The notes under the pieces: generated by a model | What the model was told of the DNA's origin: nothing | The model's database searches: none | Seen by the model: the letters and a program-made list of their open reading frames with translations, nothing else | Assembly: GCF_006345805.1 (NCBI RefSeq) | Contig: NC_043003.1 | Coordinates: forward strand, 96,968,001 to 97,032,000 | DNA from: Octopus sinensis | Lineage: Eukaryota | Length of the DNA stretch: 64,000 bases | Direction of reading: 5' to 3' | Translations under genes and position numbers: made by a program | In this document: in pieces, positions 51,201-64,000 of the stretch | Layout: each line of letters opens with the position of its first letter | Position numbering within the stretch: position 1 is the first letter of the stretch

Positions 51201-53124
51201 GTAAGTGGATGAAGTAGAATTAGTAAGATTATACTTGATGAAATTAATGATAGACCCCTGTAATTTACTAACTTTCTCTTTCGACAAAACAGTTGTTCAT
51301 TAATCGATTGATTCGACTATTTACAGGCAAAAATGTAACTGTAACTTCCCACAATTTGACACCATTGAATTTTAACTTTCTACTGCTGAAATCTTTACAT
51401 TTGTGCCCGAGTCATGGCTTTGAACGCATATGCCAACATCACGGATCTGGACAGAAATTTCATAATGCATACGGGAAGAGTTTTCTGCTCTTTGATGATT
51501 ATTATTAGGTAAAGCTTATTGGCTCAGAGCTTTTCCATGTCCCCATGGGATGTTTCGACGGAGTTGAAGTCTGCATTTTAATAGGATTATTTATTCTAGA
51601 CTGCAAGAAATGAATATGTACGTGTTTCTACTGCGATATAAAGGTATCGAGAAATATGAAAATAATTTCTTTCACGAAGTACCTCGAGAGAGAATATAGC
51701 TATGAATAATGGTTTCAAATTTTGGCACAAGGCCAGTAATTTTGGGAGAGAGAATAAGTCGATTACATCGATCCCAGTATTCAACTTGTACTTATCTTAT
51801 CGACCTCTAAATGATGGATGGTAAAGTCGACTTTGATTGAATTTAAATTCAGAACATAAAGAAATATATGCACGAAATATCACTAAGCATTTTGCTCGGC
51901 GTACTAATGATGCTGTCACTTCGCCACCTTGTATCTATCAATAATAGCTCATACTACATTGCGTAAAATAATCTTAAAATAGAAAAGAATGTGAAACAGA
52001 TTCGAACCAAGCATTTGCCTTATCCTGAAAAGTGCATGGTTCGGATTAAGAAGGCATGTGTTTTTGGAGAGACAATTGCAGGAGATGAGGAATCGTGTGT
52101 GGAGAAGGGAACTAATTTCTTCCTATTTATTCTCGTATACAAGATTAAAACATCCAATTTGCGTCTAGTTGAACGTGAGAGATTCACTTTGGTACAATGG
52201 TATTTCTACTGTTTACGATATTATAGATGCATGGTTAAAGATTTACATGTGTCTTTCACTCTTTTCCGTCCCAAGGATTTTTACCTAAGTTATTACGAAC
52301 TATTGTTTGCAGCCATATTCGCATTCGAGATAACTCGTAAAAAATAAGAAAAACTTTCTGGAATGCATAATAACATATATATCTACCTCTGTAATAGAAT
52401 TATATTTGCAGCCGAACTGTAAGTCTTTCCGGAAAAGGGTCTCAGTAATGGAATAATATTATTCAATGTTGTTAAAGTTAGTCACGTTTTTCGCATAAGT
52501 TGTCGAACCAATCCATTACTGAGGAACTGGTTTTCTAGCAACAAGGGTTTGTAGATTGCTTATTTTTGATAATTAATTGCAACCAGTATTACCTTGCTAA
52601 CTCTACCTAATTCACTTTTAGTGGGTTGCTCAAGCTTATATTTCGGCTTATTACGTTTAAGCTAAAGTGAGACTTAGAAATTAGATTTCTTGTCATTTAA
52701 AAGTATTCGGAGCGGGTCTGTAAATAAACATTCAGTTCTGTCGTCGAAACTAACTGCTCTGCATCCTTGTGGATATTGCTGAGAAATACTAGAATTGGTT
52801 CTCTTATAAATCTTTGCAATAATGGATTTTTTTTTTTGTATTACATAGACGTTTTCTTGATACCCTCAACTATCTGTTATCGGAAGTACAAGAAAATAAC
52901 TCGTCATTACTCACTTGCCTGCTAACATTAACGGATGCTTCACATTTTCGTAATCAGATATATTAGTATATACTCCAAGATATATATATATATATATATA
53001 TAAAGAGAGAGAGAGGTCACGAGAGGTAATGGTGTCCGTAAGACCAAAGGTGTTCAGGTAATGCTGAGTAAGTGCTATGGATTCGCATATATATATATTA
53101 TATATATAATATATATATATTATA

Positions 53125-53166
<42 letters not shown>

Positions 53167-54598
53167 ATATATATATAATCAATATAAGCAACACAGAGAA
53201 TCCAGAGGTAATGCAGTACGATCGTTTCGCTCAATACCATTTAATTGAACAATCCAACCATTACATCAACTTAAATGCAGAGCAATCCTCAGCTACACAA
53301 AGACATAGAATTTAATTAAATTAAAACAGATTGGCACATTAATGTGATTTTGTCTAAAATCTTCAAGAAGTTAAGAAGATAGACAAAGAACATGCTGCAC
53401 TTCCTTCCACTTAGAAGCTATCAGGAAGCTATCAGGTAGTTATCAGATTTTGCTTGTCACTTTTATATGGTGTCAGTTATAATTTGTAGACTAGTTTTAT
53501 CAAATCCTTGTATATCTAAGGCCGGGTTTGTTAGAAGTAGGGCTGAGGGAGTCGACAGAAATCATAGTGGGTATAGTCATAAAAATCAAGATTTATTTGA
53601 AGCCATATCATGGGATTTGGTAAAAGGAAACTTAAATCAAGATGTTAGCTGACAATTAAGGGGGGGGTGACTACTAGCAGACCATTGATAATGAAACAGG
53701 GGAAGTCTTATCATGTAGTACTATAGTTAAATATTTTAAGCAATACTGCTATATTGTATAAAGTTAAAGTTTAGGGTTATTCAGAGGATTATTAAGGAGA
53801 ATTATAACAAAATGATTAAATGTTTTGTGAATACTTTTGAGTATATATCAAACTTTTACCACAATAGAGGGAGGAAAAGAAAATAATCCAGAAATAGTTT
53901 AATATTTATACATATTATAAACTTAAATACTAACTTATCAGATGGTATCAGTGAATATTGATCAATTGGTATATACTGGTATTTAATAAAGGAGTTAAAG
54001 AACTATAAATTAATTTAATTATAATCTAAGCAGTTTATTTTAAGCAGTGAATATACCAGTATTGTTATATATAAGCTAAGTATGAATTTATAGAGGTACA
54101 AATATTAGATTTATTTTATAAATAAATAAATAAAGGCTATTATAAAATAATAAATAAATAAAATAATCAGGTAGGGTAGAACACCATAGAAAATGAATAA
54201 GATAGCTTAATCCCTAAAAACATAATGAAGTATACGTAGCTTATTAATCACGATAGAGAAGATATGTAGAAAATGTATAATAATTCAAAATATACTAAAC
54301 TGAAAATTATATATTTACTTATATAGGTAGTATCAATAAAGACTGATACCTGATATTAGCTAAAGGAATATTTATGTTATGGGACATTCTAATTGTACAC
54401 CAATCTTTTAAAACTAAGGGTTATATTATAGGTTTTAGAAGTTATTACATGATATTTTTAGTTTCTTAGGGGTATTTAATTAGAAGGGCTACTTATATAA
54501 AGGCCCTTATTAATACGAAGATCAGGAGGGTAATACCGTACTAAACTCTGGTGCCTCAACTTAAGTACCATATTCATCTAAATCAAAATTTTTGCTGA

Positions 54599-54679
<81 letters not shown>

Positions 54680-55449
54680 GGGATATATGCACTAATATAT
54701 CTGATATATTTGCTTAGGAAAATGTGAAGCGATCGTTAATGCTAACAAATCAGTGTACAGGTTATTTATTCATACTGATGATCAAATGTTTGTGTTATAC
54801 TCACTCCCTCCATCAAATCGACATCACTGCCTGTGTAGGTGCATGATGTGCCACACGTTAGATGCCTAAATGATTGCAGAGCAAGAAAACAACGCACTGC
54901 TCGGTCCGGGAATAGAAACTACGATGTTGCGGTCATCAGTGGAACGTCCTAACAATCTTCCCTCACACACACACAAACACGTACTTACATACAAGCACAT
55001 GCATACATACATATAAGTATATATATATATTATAATATATATATATATTATATTATATATATATAGTGAAAATATGTTGAAAATATACATAAAAAGAAGA
55101 GAAATGCCTTCATTCCACATAGTTTTAATATCGTTTTATAAAAATATATATATACATATTTTATGGATGGTAAACGTCTCATAAAATGTCGTGATATCCA
55201 ACCAGTGTTCGCTATTTAAATTAGCTTTTCAAGGGACATTGTGAAGCAATCATTCCTTGAGACAAAGGAATCACACCATTTTTGATTTCTTGAAAAGTAA
55301 GAATGAATGGAGAGAGTGGATAAAAGTGGAGGCAATAGGTGGCAAGGGGGACAACTACCTCCGCAGCATTCTTGAATAGTGGTAAATAAATTTGATTTTG
55401 AAATAGGAATGTGTAGGGACCAGATGGTCAAGTTTGTATATTAAAGTGT

Positions 55450-56640
55450 GCTCTGTACTTTTGTATGACAGGTTTTCTTTGTTTAGGCGTTCTTGTAAGG
55501 AGATTGAATCTTTGCATTAGTATAATGGAAATATGGAAATTTTATTTCTTGCGCATCTGTCAATATGTTCTGCTTGTATTGAGGAAAACGAATCCGTTCT
55601 TTATGCAGCGTAACTCTGCGTCTCAAAGTAAGGCTCGTTTGTCCCACATGATTGTGGCCACAACCTGAGCAGGTAAGGACATAAATTAGATTCTGGAAGG
55701 TACGTGTGAATTAGGTCTTAATTGAAAAATTTTTCTCCTTGCTGGAATGTGAATTCCGAGCCTTCAGTTACGTATGGGCAAGTACCATAATTAGGTCACC
55801 CGCATTTTTTAACTGTTGGTATCGTATGTGTTGAGTACAGCTTTGCATTTGTTAGGAGTCTCTTAAGTGATTTGTGTTGTCTTTTGCATTTGAGGTGTTT
55901 ATGTGTATTCAGAATGTTGTTCATTTTCGGGTCTTCAGTGAGTAGAGGGAGATTTTGTACAATTGTGTTGTATGCTTCATTGTTTCTGGGGTTGTGGGTT
56001 GATATGGGAGTGATTTAAAGTGAGATGTGGTGTTTTTGTTTTCTTGTCTTTAGTGTGTTTGTGTCCAATTTTTGGCACGTTTAATTCCATGGTTTATAAG
56101 TGCGGGTGGGTATTGACGTTCAATGAGTGTTATTTTGAGGTCTTGTCAGATATAATTGTACAGATCTTTTTTTGATAGATTGAACGGGATATTTATTTTG
56201 GTGTGTTTAGGATGGCATGAACTGAAAATGAGATACTGTTTTGAATCTGTTGGTTTGTGGTAGATGTCGGTTGCAATTTGGTTGTTGGATATTTTTATAA
56301 TCAAAATGTCCAGAAATGGGAGCTGTCTGTTGCTATAGTCCATTGTAAATTGAATATTGGAGTTTATATTGTTCAGTGTAGATTTGAAGTCCAGAAGTTT
56401 ATCATAGGTTTCATTCCAGATGATAAAACAATCGTCTAGGTACCTTTTCCAGTTTTCTTTTATATACTGGTGGAATGGGGGTCCAAATTTTTGGAGCGAA
56501 AATTAAATCATTCTCCAGCATTCTCATATTCTTCATGATAAAATTATTTTATTCTATCAGAATTCTAAATACTTCCATTACAGTTCTTCACAGCGTAGGA
56601 ATTCTTAAAACTTGTCTTTGTCTTGCAAACATTAATCCAT
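55450..56640 (-). mobile_element. Penelope-type element remnant (RT C-half plus GIY-YIG endonuclease)
   Basis: WKRYLDDCFIIW (YLDD at 56431-56442); LPFLDILI..TDIYHKPTDSKQYLIFSSCHPKHTKINIPF; VKKCG.PNYGTCPY; NLIYVLTCSGCGHNHVGQT..LRRRVTLHKERIR (~55600-55690). Confidence 0.88.
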
Positions 56641-58023
56641 TATTCCAAACATTTTCCTACCTCGTTCATATTCTTTCTGTGTTTGTTTTGCTCAGGAACT
56701 GAGCAAAACTGTGCTATTGTTTTGCTCAGGAACACAGCGTACTGGCCGGCCCAGGAATCGAAATCAAGATGTTGCGATCATAAGTTCAACAACCTAACGA
56801 CCTGCCTCCATATCTGCTTTCACACACACACATACACACACAATGGATTGCGTGCGTTTGTGTGCGTTGTTATACTATTGTACATATGTACGTTTCCCTC
56901 ACATCCTGGCTTTCTCGAGCTGCCTTCCTTAATTTTCTACCTCATCTATTATTTCAATTACCTGTAGCTTGTAACTTATTCGATCACCTCTCCTCTACAT
57001 TTTACTTCTTTCCACATCACTTGCACCAAGTCCACCACAATACACACCATAATCCTCACACCACCACACACTCGTTTTCAACACATCTAACCCACGTCAA
57101 CACTTAATCTCTTTTTGCCATTCGCAGTCTTAGTAATAAAACATTATTTTTCACCCTTTCCAAAATGAGGCAATCGTCCGAAAAGTAAGAATTCTCCTTC
57201 ATCATGCCATGAACATATTTCACTGTTTGAACCAATACTTCTCAACCAGTTTAACTTATGGAATCCTTTGGTTCCTATTTTACTTGTATGGACCTTCTTA
57301 ATTATTCTACGTTTAAAAAATCCTATTATAGTTTAATAATTAAAAATAAGTACTAAAATATTTTATGCATTAAAGAAGTATAATCAACTTATTGCAGATA
57401 AATTTTAACACATAAATCTTTTATGGACTTCCATCAAGAACTACTAGTTTAAACTATTAATGTCGATTTTTGCCGTCGCAGAGCGTCTATAGTTTCTTTG
57501 GGTCTTATCCTTTTACTAACAATTATAATATATAAAATGAGATTGCTGAATTTTGTGGCCAACTTCTATATGTTTTGCCTTATAACAGACGACTAGGCTA
57601 CTGAGGAAAGTATTAATGTAAGATATTAGAAATGAGGTGCCTTTTCATTATCTTTTATATTTTTCTTGTTTAAGTCATTGGACCACGGCTATACTGGGAC
57701 ATCGCCTTGAAAGGTTTTTGTCGAACGAATCGACACCAGTATTTATTTTTAAAGCGTGGCACCTATCCTAATGAAATCTTTTTCCGTACTGCTAAGTGAC
57801 GGGGACAAACATTTGTTGTCAAGTAACAAGCACAAGCAGAAGACCGAAGACTCTCTCTCTCCCTTTTCTTTCACTCTCCCTTCTCTCTCTCTCTCTCTCT
57901 TTCTCTCCCTCTCTTACATATACACACATTCAGGCACACACAAACACACGCACATATGTGTGTGAGTGTTTGTGTCCACGTATGTATATTATATCTGTGT
58001 GTGCACGTGTGTGTGTTTGTGTG

Positions 58024-58083
<60 letters not shown>

Positions 58084-58240
58084 TGTGTGTAGAATACGAG
58101 GGGCTTAGTTCACTGATGATCTAAACCAATAGGTACACTGTATAAGTATTGTAACTGGTCATCCGTTAGGTTCCAAATTCACAACTGAGACTGGAGCTAG
58201 GGATCCGTAGTAGGCTACCGAGTCCGCAGGTATATATTAA

Positions 58241-58711
58241 AGGAAAAGGAAGACAAAACCGAGGTAGGACGAGTATATCGAGTCATTTAGAATATTTAAT
58301 TAGAATAAAATGACTCAGAAGTAGAAATAATGATTTACAGCTGTTTCTGGGATATCCCTGGTGATGGGTCAACATCTCCATGTATTTGGTGTTCCGTCAT
58401 CAGGGACAAAGGCACGGAAATAAGGACTAACCTCCATACCCTCGGGAGCAAAATGAACTGTGAACTTTGTTCTCCTGTCTTTTCTTTTATCTACTGTTTT
58501 ATTCTTTATATACTGTAAATTTTCTGTCTGGAACTTTCCTGATAACAGAATACCCAGTGCATGGAGATGTTGACCCATTACCTGGGATATCCCAGAAACA
58601 GCCGTAATTACTTACTTCTGCTTCTCCGTTTTTCATTCTCTTTACTCTAATTAAATATTCTAAATGACCAGAGTTACTCGTGTCTTGTCTTGGTTTTCTT
58701 TTCGTTTTCCT
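58241..58711. repeat. Diverged inverted repeat (~180-bp arms) with TA-rich flanks, Penelope pseudo-LTR-like
   Basis: gtcatttagaatatttaattaga and ctgggatatccc..atgggtcaacatctccatg occur in both orientations. Confidence 0.8.
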
Positions 58712-58757
<46 letters not shown>

Positions 58758-59150
58758 TAATAAGGGTTTATTTGCAACAAGTTGCTTAAATCACATACCG
58801 AAAATATTAGAGATAGCAGTCAAAGGGCTACTATTTCTTTTACTACAAAAATAAGTCTCCACAAAACAACAGTATTTGTAACTCACATATGGTAAAAGAA
58901 GAAGAAAAACAACGAAACCACACAGTCTACTGGATTAATTATGGACGCACGTTTCTGGATTAAAATCGTAAAGTTCATTTCCTTATCAACATAATATTTC
59001 CCATAAATCTAGAAATTCTAGGAAAAACTTACCTTTTATATATTCGACCAAGCGACATCGAAAGATACAAAAGTCCACTAGCATATCCACATTTATATAG
59101 ACAAGCGAATCCGTATCTCCCTCCAAAATCTCACCACGTGTACGTATATA

Positions 59151-59203
<53 letters not shown>

Positions 59204-59397
59204 GTATATGTATGCATAGTTATATATATGTATATATATAAATTTATGTATATATATTTGTATATATGTATATATATATATGTATATATATAATATATAT
59301 GTGTGTTATATATATATATATAATATATATATAATATATATGTATATATATATACATATATATAATGTATATATATATATACATATATATATAGTGA

Positions 59398-59730
59398 AGG
59401 CGCATGGCTCAGTGGTTAGAGCGTCGAGCTTACGATCGTGAGGTTGTGAGCTCGAATCCCGGACCGGGCTGCGTGTTGTGTTCTCGAGCAAGGCACTTTA
59501 TTTCACGTTGCTCCAGTTCACTCAGCTGTAGAAATGAGTTGCGACGTCACTGGTGCCAAGCTGTATCGACCTTTGTCTTTCCCTTGGATAACACTGGTGG
59601 CGTGGAGAGGGGAGGCTGGTATGCATGGGCGACTGCTGGCCTTCCATAAAAACAACCTTGCCCAGACTTGTGTCTAGGAGGGTAACTTTCTAGGTGCAAT
59701 CCCATGGTCATTCATGACCGAAGGGGGTCT
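59398..59730 (+). mobile_element. tRNA-derived SINE (head and centre of the 30974 family, different tail)
   Basis: tggctcagtggtt A box, gagctcgaatc B-box-like, and the shared actttatttcacgttgctccagt.cactcagctg. Confidence 0.85.
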
Positions 59731-59747
59731 ACAAAAAAAAATATATG

Positions 59748-59791
<44 letters not shown>

Positions 59792-59792
59792 C

Positions 59793-59852
<60 letters not shown>

Positions 59853-59866
59853 GTATATATAATATA

Positions 59867-59914
<48 letters not shown>

Positions 59915-61518
59915 GTGTGTGTGTTCGTGTAGTACTACGGAGTTCTTTTTCAGCTTCCGTTCATCAATCCACCCAAACACTCTGGTGGTCGGCCTGAAGT
60001 ATTGTTGGAGACACCCAAGATGCCACCCAGAATTATGCGGCTTGGAAGCAAACTTCTTACCATACAGCTACATCTGCGCCTATATTTATCTAATTTGCAA
60101 TTCTCGCCATTACACTGATATCGGCATCATATGGGTACAATATTTGAGCATGTCTTGAGGGAAAATATTTTCACATTGTTAACGTCATTTATAGCTGTTT
60201 CGAAAACGAATTATTTCACGTTTCCTCGAAGTTTATACATCCTTATAACGTCAACAGCATATTATTCTCGCTGCTAAAAAGGAAAATTCCGAAATGGATA
60301 GAGAATTTTGAAGGATTGCTTTGATCCAATGCTGGAACGCCTGCCACGTTTGCAGGAGAATGGATTCGTGTTCCACATTGTGTTTTAGGATTTTCTACCT
60401 AAGTACTTTTTTTAAATTCAATATTTGCAAGTTATTCATAGTTTTATCATCTACAAAAGCCACTGTTCCAAAAAATTATTATTTCAATTCATTCGAAGTT
60501 TATAAATCTTTATGGCGTCAGTTTTCAAATTGTTTTATGTCTAAGTTTTTCACAGTATTTTCAAGATGAAATAATAAACGCAAAAATTAAATCTAAGTTT
60601 ATATATGTGGAATTGATTTGTCAAACATCATTTGATAAAATACAATCTCTGGAGATGAAAGTCATTGCTAATAGATCGAGTTTAGTTGAAGATCTATAAA
60701 CTTCAGAAAATTATTGCTGAAGCAGCCATACTAATTTCGTTTAGTACAGTATTTTTAGCATTTCTGTCTGTAATGTAAAAGAATTATTTCTCGATATCTT
60801 GACAAGATTCTTGCTTAAATCCAGTAAATGTCTAAATGTATTAAGTAGAAAATAGAATGACAGTATTTATCGGTGCTTAGTTTCTATATTTTCATCGTTA
60901 ACCTTACACAGTTTTTATTTTCGGGTTTCAATTATATTTATTTTTAATATATTCTATTACCTTTTTAGTTAGGAGAAATGACGGTGCTCATAATCTACTA
61001 CAGGGGAAGGTGGAAAGAGACCAGTGGGAAGGTGAAAAGAATGTTTCTCCAAACAGGAAGTCTAATGTGAATACTTGCAACAGAGTGGGCTTCGCCAAAG
61101 CACTCAAGGTAGTGTTAAATAGTAAGCTATGAAGAGATTCGAACTTAGAATGCAAAGAGCCGGAACAAATATAAGATATTCAGTCAGTTTTCTTACACTA
61201 CAGCCAGGTCATCATCTTTTCTCCTGACTAAAATGCTACGATATTATATGCTTCATTTCTTTCTCACTGTGGTCGTTATTTATGGCTGAGCCATTCGTCT
61301 TTCTGGTCACCACCTGGGGCTGAGGTTCATGCCATCTCCTCCATCAATCCCAAAGCTTCAACCAAAGTTATGTTTGAACTGCAGCCGAATGTTGTAAAGA
61401 CTTGTAAGTTCATAATAACACCACCACCCCACACACACACACGCACACATACATACACTGTTGATCACATGACACTCTTTGTTAATTCAGCTCTCAAAAC
61501 CGAAGTTACGCCAAGAGG

Positions 61519-61682
61519 CAGAAGAAGAAGAAGAAGAAGAGGAGGAGGAGGAGGAGGAGAATAAGAAGAAGAAGAAAAAGAAGAAGAAGAAGAAGAAGAA
61601 GAAGAAGAAGAGAAGAAGAAGAAGAAGAAGAAGAAGAAGAAGAAGAAGAAGAAGAAGAAGAAGAAGAAGAAGAAGAAGAAGG
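61519..61682. repeat. (GAA)n/(GGA)n trinucleotide array
   Basis: Directly visible. Confidence 0.95.
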
Positions 61683-62037
61683 AATATCGCAAAAATTGCC
61701 AGCATCAAGCGCAGGTTAAATCCAAAATAACGGCAAAGGCAATAGTCATATGATTAATGAATGAAGTCATTTGTTCCATAAAGGTTATTAAACAGTGTTT
61801 GGTTTCGTTGATGATATGTAAACATCCAGGCTAGAGAGAAAGATAAAATTTTCAGATGGATTTCGAACAAAACATTATTACTCAAGCAACGATCTTTTAA
61901 TCACGTTCGGTATCCGTGACAATGTGCTACAAATATCTTAGACTTATGGACAACCAAAATGTCGGTCAAGGAGATGTATTAAATTCATAATTTCATATAT
62001 ATATATATGCATGTATATGTATGTATATATATATACA

Positions 62038-62073
<36 letters not shown>

Positions 62074-62502
62074 TATGTATATATATATTTGTAAAAAATG
62101 AAGTTCGAAAATGCTGCTGTATTATACAATTTTTAATTTTTATATATACATTATAACATGTTTCAGTTCCTGAAATGAACTTTATCAAAAAAAGTTATAT
62201 ATAAAAAAAGACAGCTCATGCCGTCAAACACAAGAAATTCATTTATAATACACAACGGAGTCAGACATCTTAGAGTTCATGTATAGTTGATATATAGTTC
62301 ATGTATAGTTGATATATAGTTTGAAGTATATGTTCAAAGTGTTCGATGCAGTGGCCCACGGTGGCGATACGTATTCAATACAAAAAACAGATCAAAGTGG
62401 TGGAAAGCGGTCAATACAGAAGATTGATGTTTCCGAAAGAGCGAGGAATTCATTTTTACCTTAAGCAAATGTGATGACCCATGGTGGATGTTCGCTGGGT
62501 GG

Positions 62503-62549
<47 letters not shown>

Positions 62550-63006
62550 TATATATATTATATATATATATATATATATTTAGATATATATACGTCATCC
62601 CGGTCTCGCACCATTTCCTGTGAGCGGATTGTCTTTGTACAGGAGCCATCCGGATTCCCGCTTTTGCCGTGAACAGGAATTAATCTTCTCCCTTCGCTCT
62701 TTTGCCCCACATGGGCTCAACTCCCCTCCCCTTTTCGTCTGCCTCCTCTCCTCTTCTTTCTTCATCTCTTCCTCTCTTCACATGCCCTGACACCTACTTC
62801 CTCTCTTCACTCCTACCCACTTCTCTCTTCATCGATACCTCTCCATCAACACCTCTACACATCCCAACCCCTACCCTAACCTATCCCTACACATCCCATT
62901 CTCACACACCCCACCCTCACATCGTTCACCCCAAAGCCACACCCCACCCTCACATCCTACACCCCACCCTCGCATCCCCACGCCCTTATCTTATGCTTTC
63001 CTGTAA

Positions 63007-63045
<39 letters not shown>

Positions 63046-63467
63046 GTCGATGAGGATAACTTAATACAGTTATGAGGTGTAAAGATGATTTTTTTTAATT
63101 ATATAAAAAAATTTATGAAATCTTTTATGAGGATGTTACTAACCTTTTTTGAGAAGTTTTTTCTAATGTGTGAGCGCTTTCGTTTAACGTTTTCCTACAC
63201 ATGTGCTCTTATAGAGGAAGTTTTACTTTTGTGGTCGTGGGAGTATTAATCATTTCGGGTTTATTTTCGGACTTCTCATTTTAGTCAGAAATATTATTCT
63301 ACCATTGTTTATTATATGGAGTGCTTGCTATTTGTGGTTTAATTTCGGATTTAAAATTCTTATAAAGTATTCTTCTTTTGTCTTTCGTAGTTGAACATTT
63401 TCATCTTTATTTTGTAAAATGGGAATATTTCTAATTTTCTATTTGCACAGATATCTAGATGTTCACT

Positions 63468-63514
<47 letters not shown>

Positions 63515-63617
63515 ACATATATATATATATATACATATATGTATGTATATGAGTCTATAGGTATGTATATATGTATATATGCGCGTATGTGTATGTATTT
63601 CTATTTTATTTCTTTTT

Positions 63618-63781
63618 TTCTCTTTACTTGTTTCAGTAATTCGACAGCAGATATGTTAGACCACTGCCTTAAAGTTTTTTAGTCGAAGAAATCGACCTAA
63701 GGACTTATTCGTTGCCAAACCGTTAGGTTACTGGAACATATACACACCGACATCTGTTATCAAGTGATGGTAGGGGTACAA

Positions 63782-63821
<40 letters not shown>

Positions 63822-63982
63822 CGAGCTTCTTTCAGTTTCTGTCTACCAAATTCACATGAGAGACTTTGGTCGGCCCGAGGCTATAACTGAAGACACTTGC
63901 CCAAGGTTCCACGCAGTAGGACTGAAATCAGAACCATGAGGTTGGAAAGCAAGCTTCTTACCACACAGCCACGCCTTCGCCT
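63618..63982 (-). mobile_element. tRNA-derived SINE, diverged (family of 13190)
   Basis: Reverse complement homologue. Further partial copies at ~57660-57840 and ~59935-60081. Confidence 0.85.
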
Positions 63983-64000
63983 AGAGATCGAACGGACTGT

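Larger units (their letters stand above)
45071..52420. repeat. Older segmental duplication in two blocks
   Basis: 45071-45370 matches 50489-50760, and 45795-46450 matches 51722-52420, including the same SINE at the same position. Visibly diverged with indels. Confidence 0.85.

Noticed and set aside
53205-53275. GAAA-CGAUCG-UA hammerhead half on the minus strand
   Set aside because: The core is too degenerate (UUGAUGU), with no convincing stem I or II.
60975-61130. Purine-rich open stretch (NLLQGKVERDQWEG) as an exon or RTE tail
   Set aside because: The similarity is limited to a few residues and the splice signals are poor.

Overview
Repeat-saturated, AT-rich animal genomic DNA, intronic or intergenic. 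The SINE families and the (TA)n/(CA)n/(TACA)n load suggest a coleoid cephalopod, probably Octopus (inference, not a database hit). No complete host gene is visible, and most ORFs in the supplied track are microsatellite translations. The main structure is at 22.6-32.4 kb. A non-autonomous Helitron (minus strand) that carries a relic of a Tx1-type ORF1 has received a 7.1-kb head-to-tail pair: a near full-length Tx1-clade LINE (5.3 kb) and an ORF1-only, HAL1-like partner (1.8 kb). The two share 47/48 nt at their 3' ends. Both 3' junctions abut the same motif, C(A/T)CA(T/C)GG(A/C)GGAAA, and an uninterrupted Helitron copy about 0.6 kb away shows the empty site. The window also has several long inverted repeats, two with perfect arms, and at least five type I hammerhead-ribozyme motifs of the Penelope-associated minimal kind, plus decayed copies. 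Other content: remnants of Penelope (RT + GIY-YIG), R4/Dong, CR1, mariner and Tc1/maT elements, many tRNA-derived SINEs, and a duplicated 33-nt candidate microexon with a 48-nt neighbour of the same phase. Repeat boundaries were read by eye and are approximate unless a motif is quoted.
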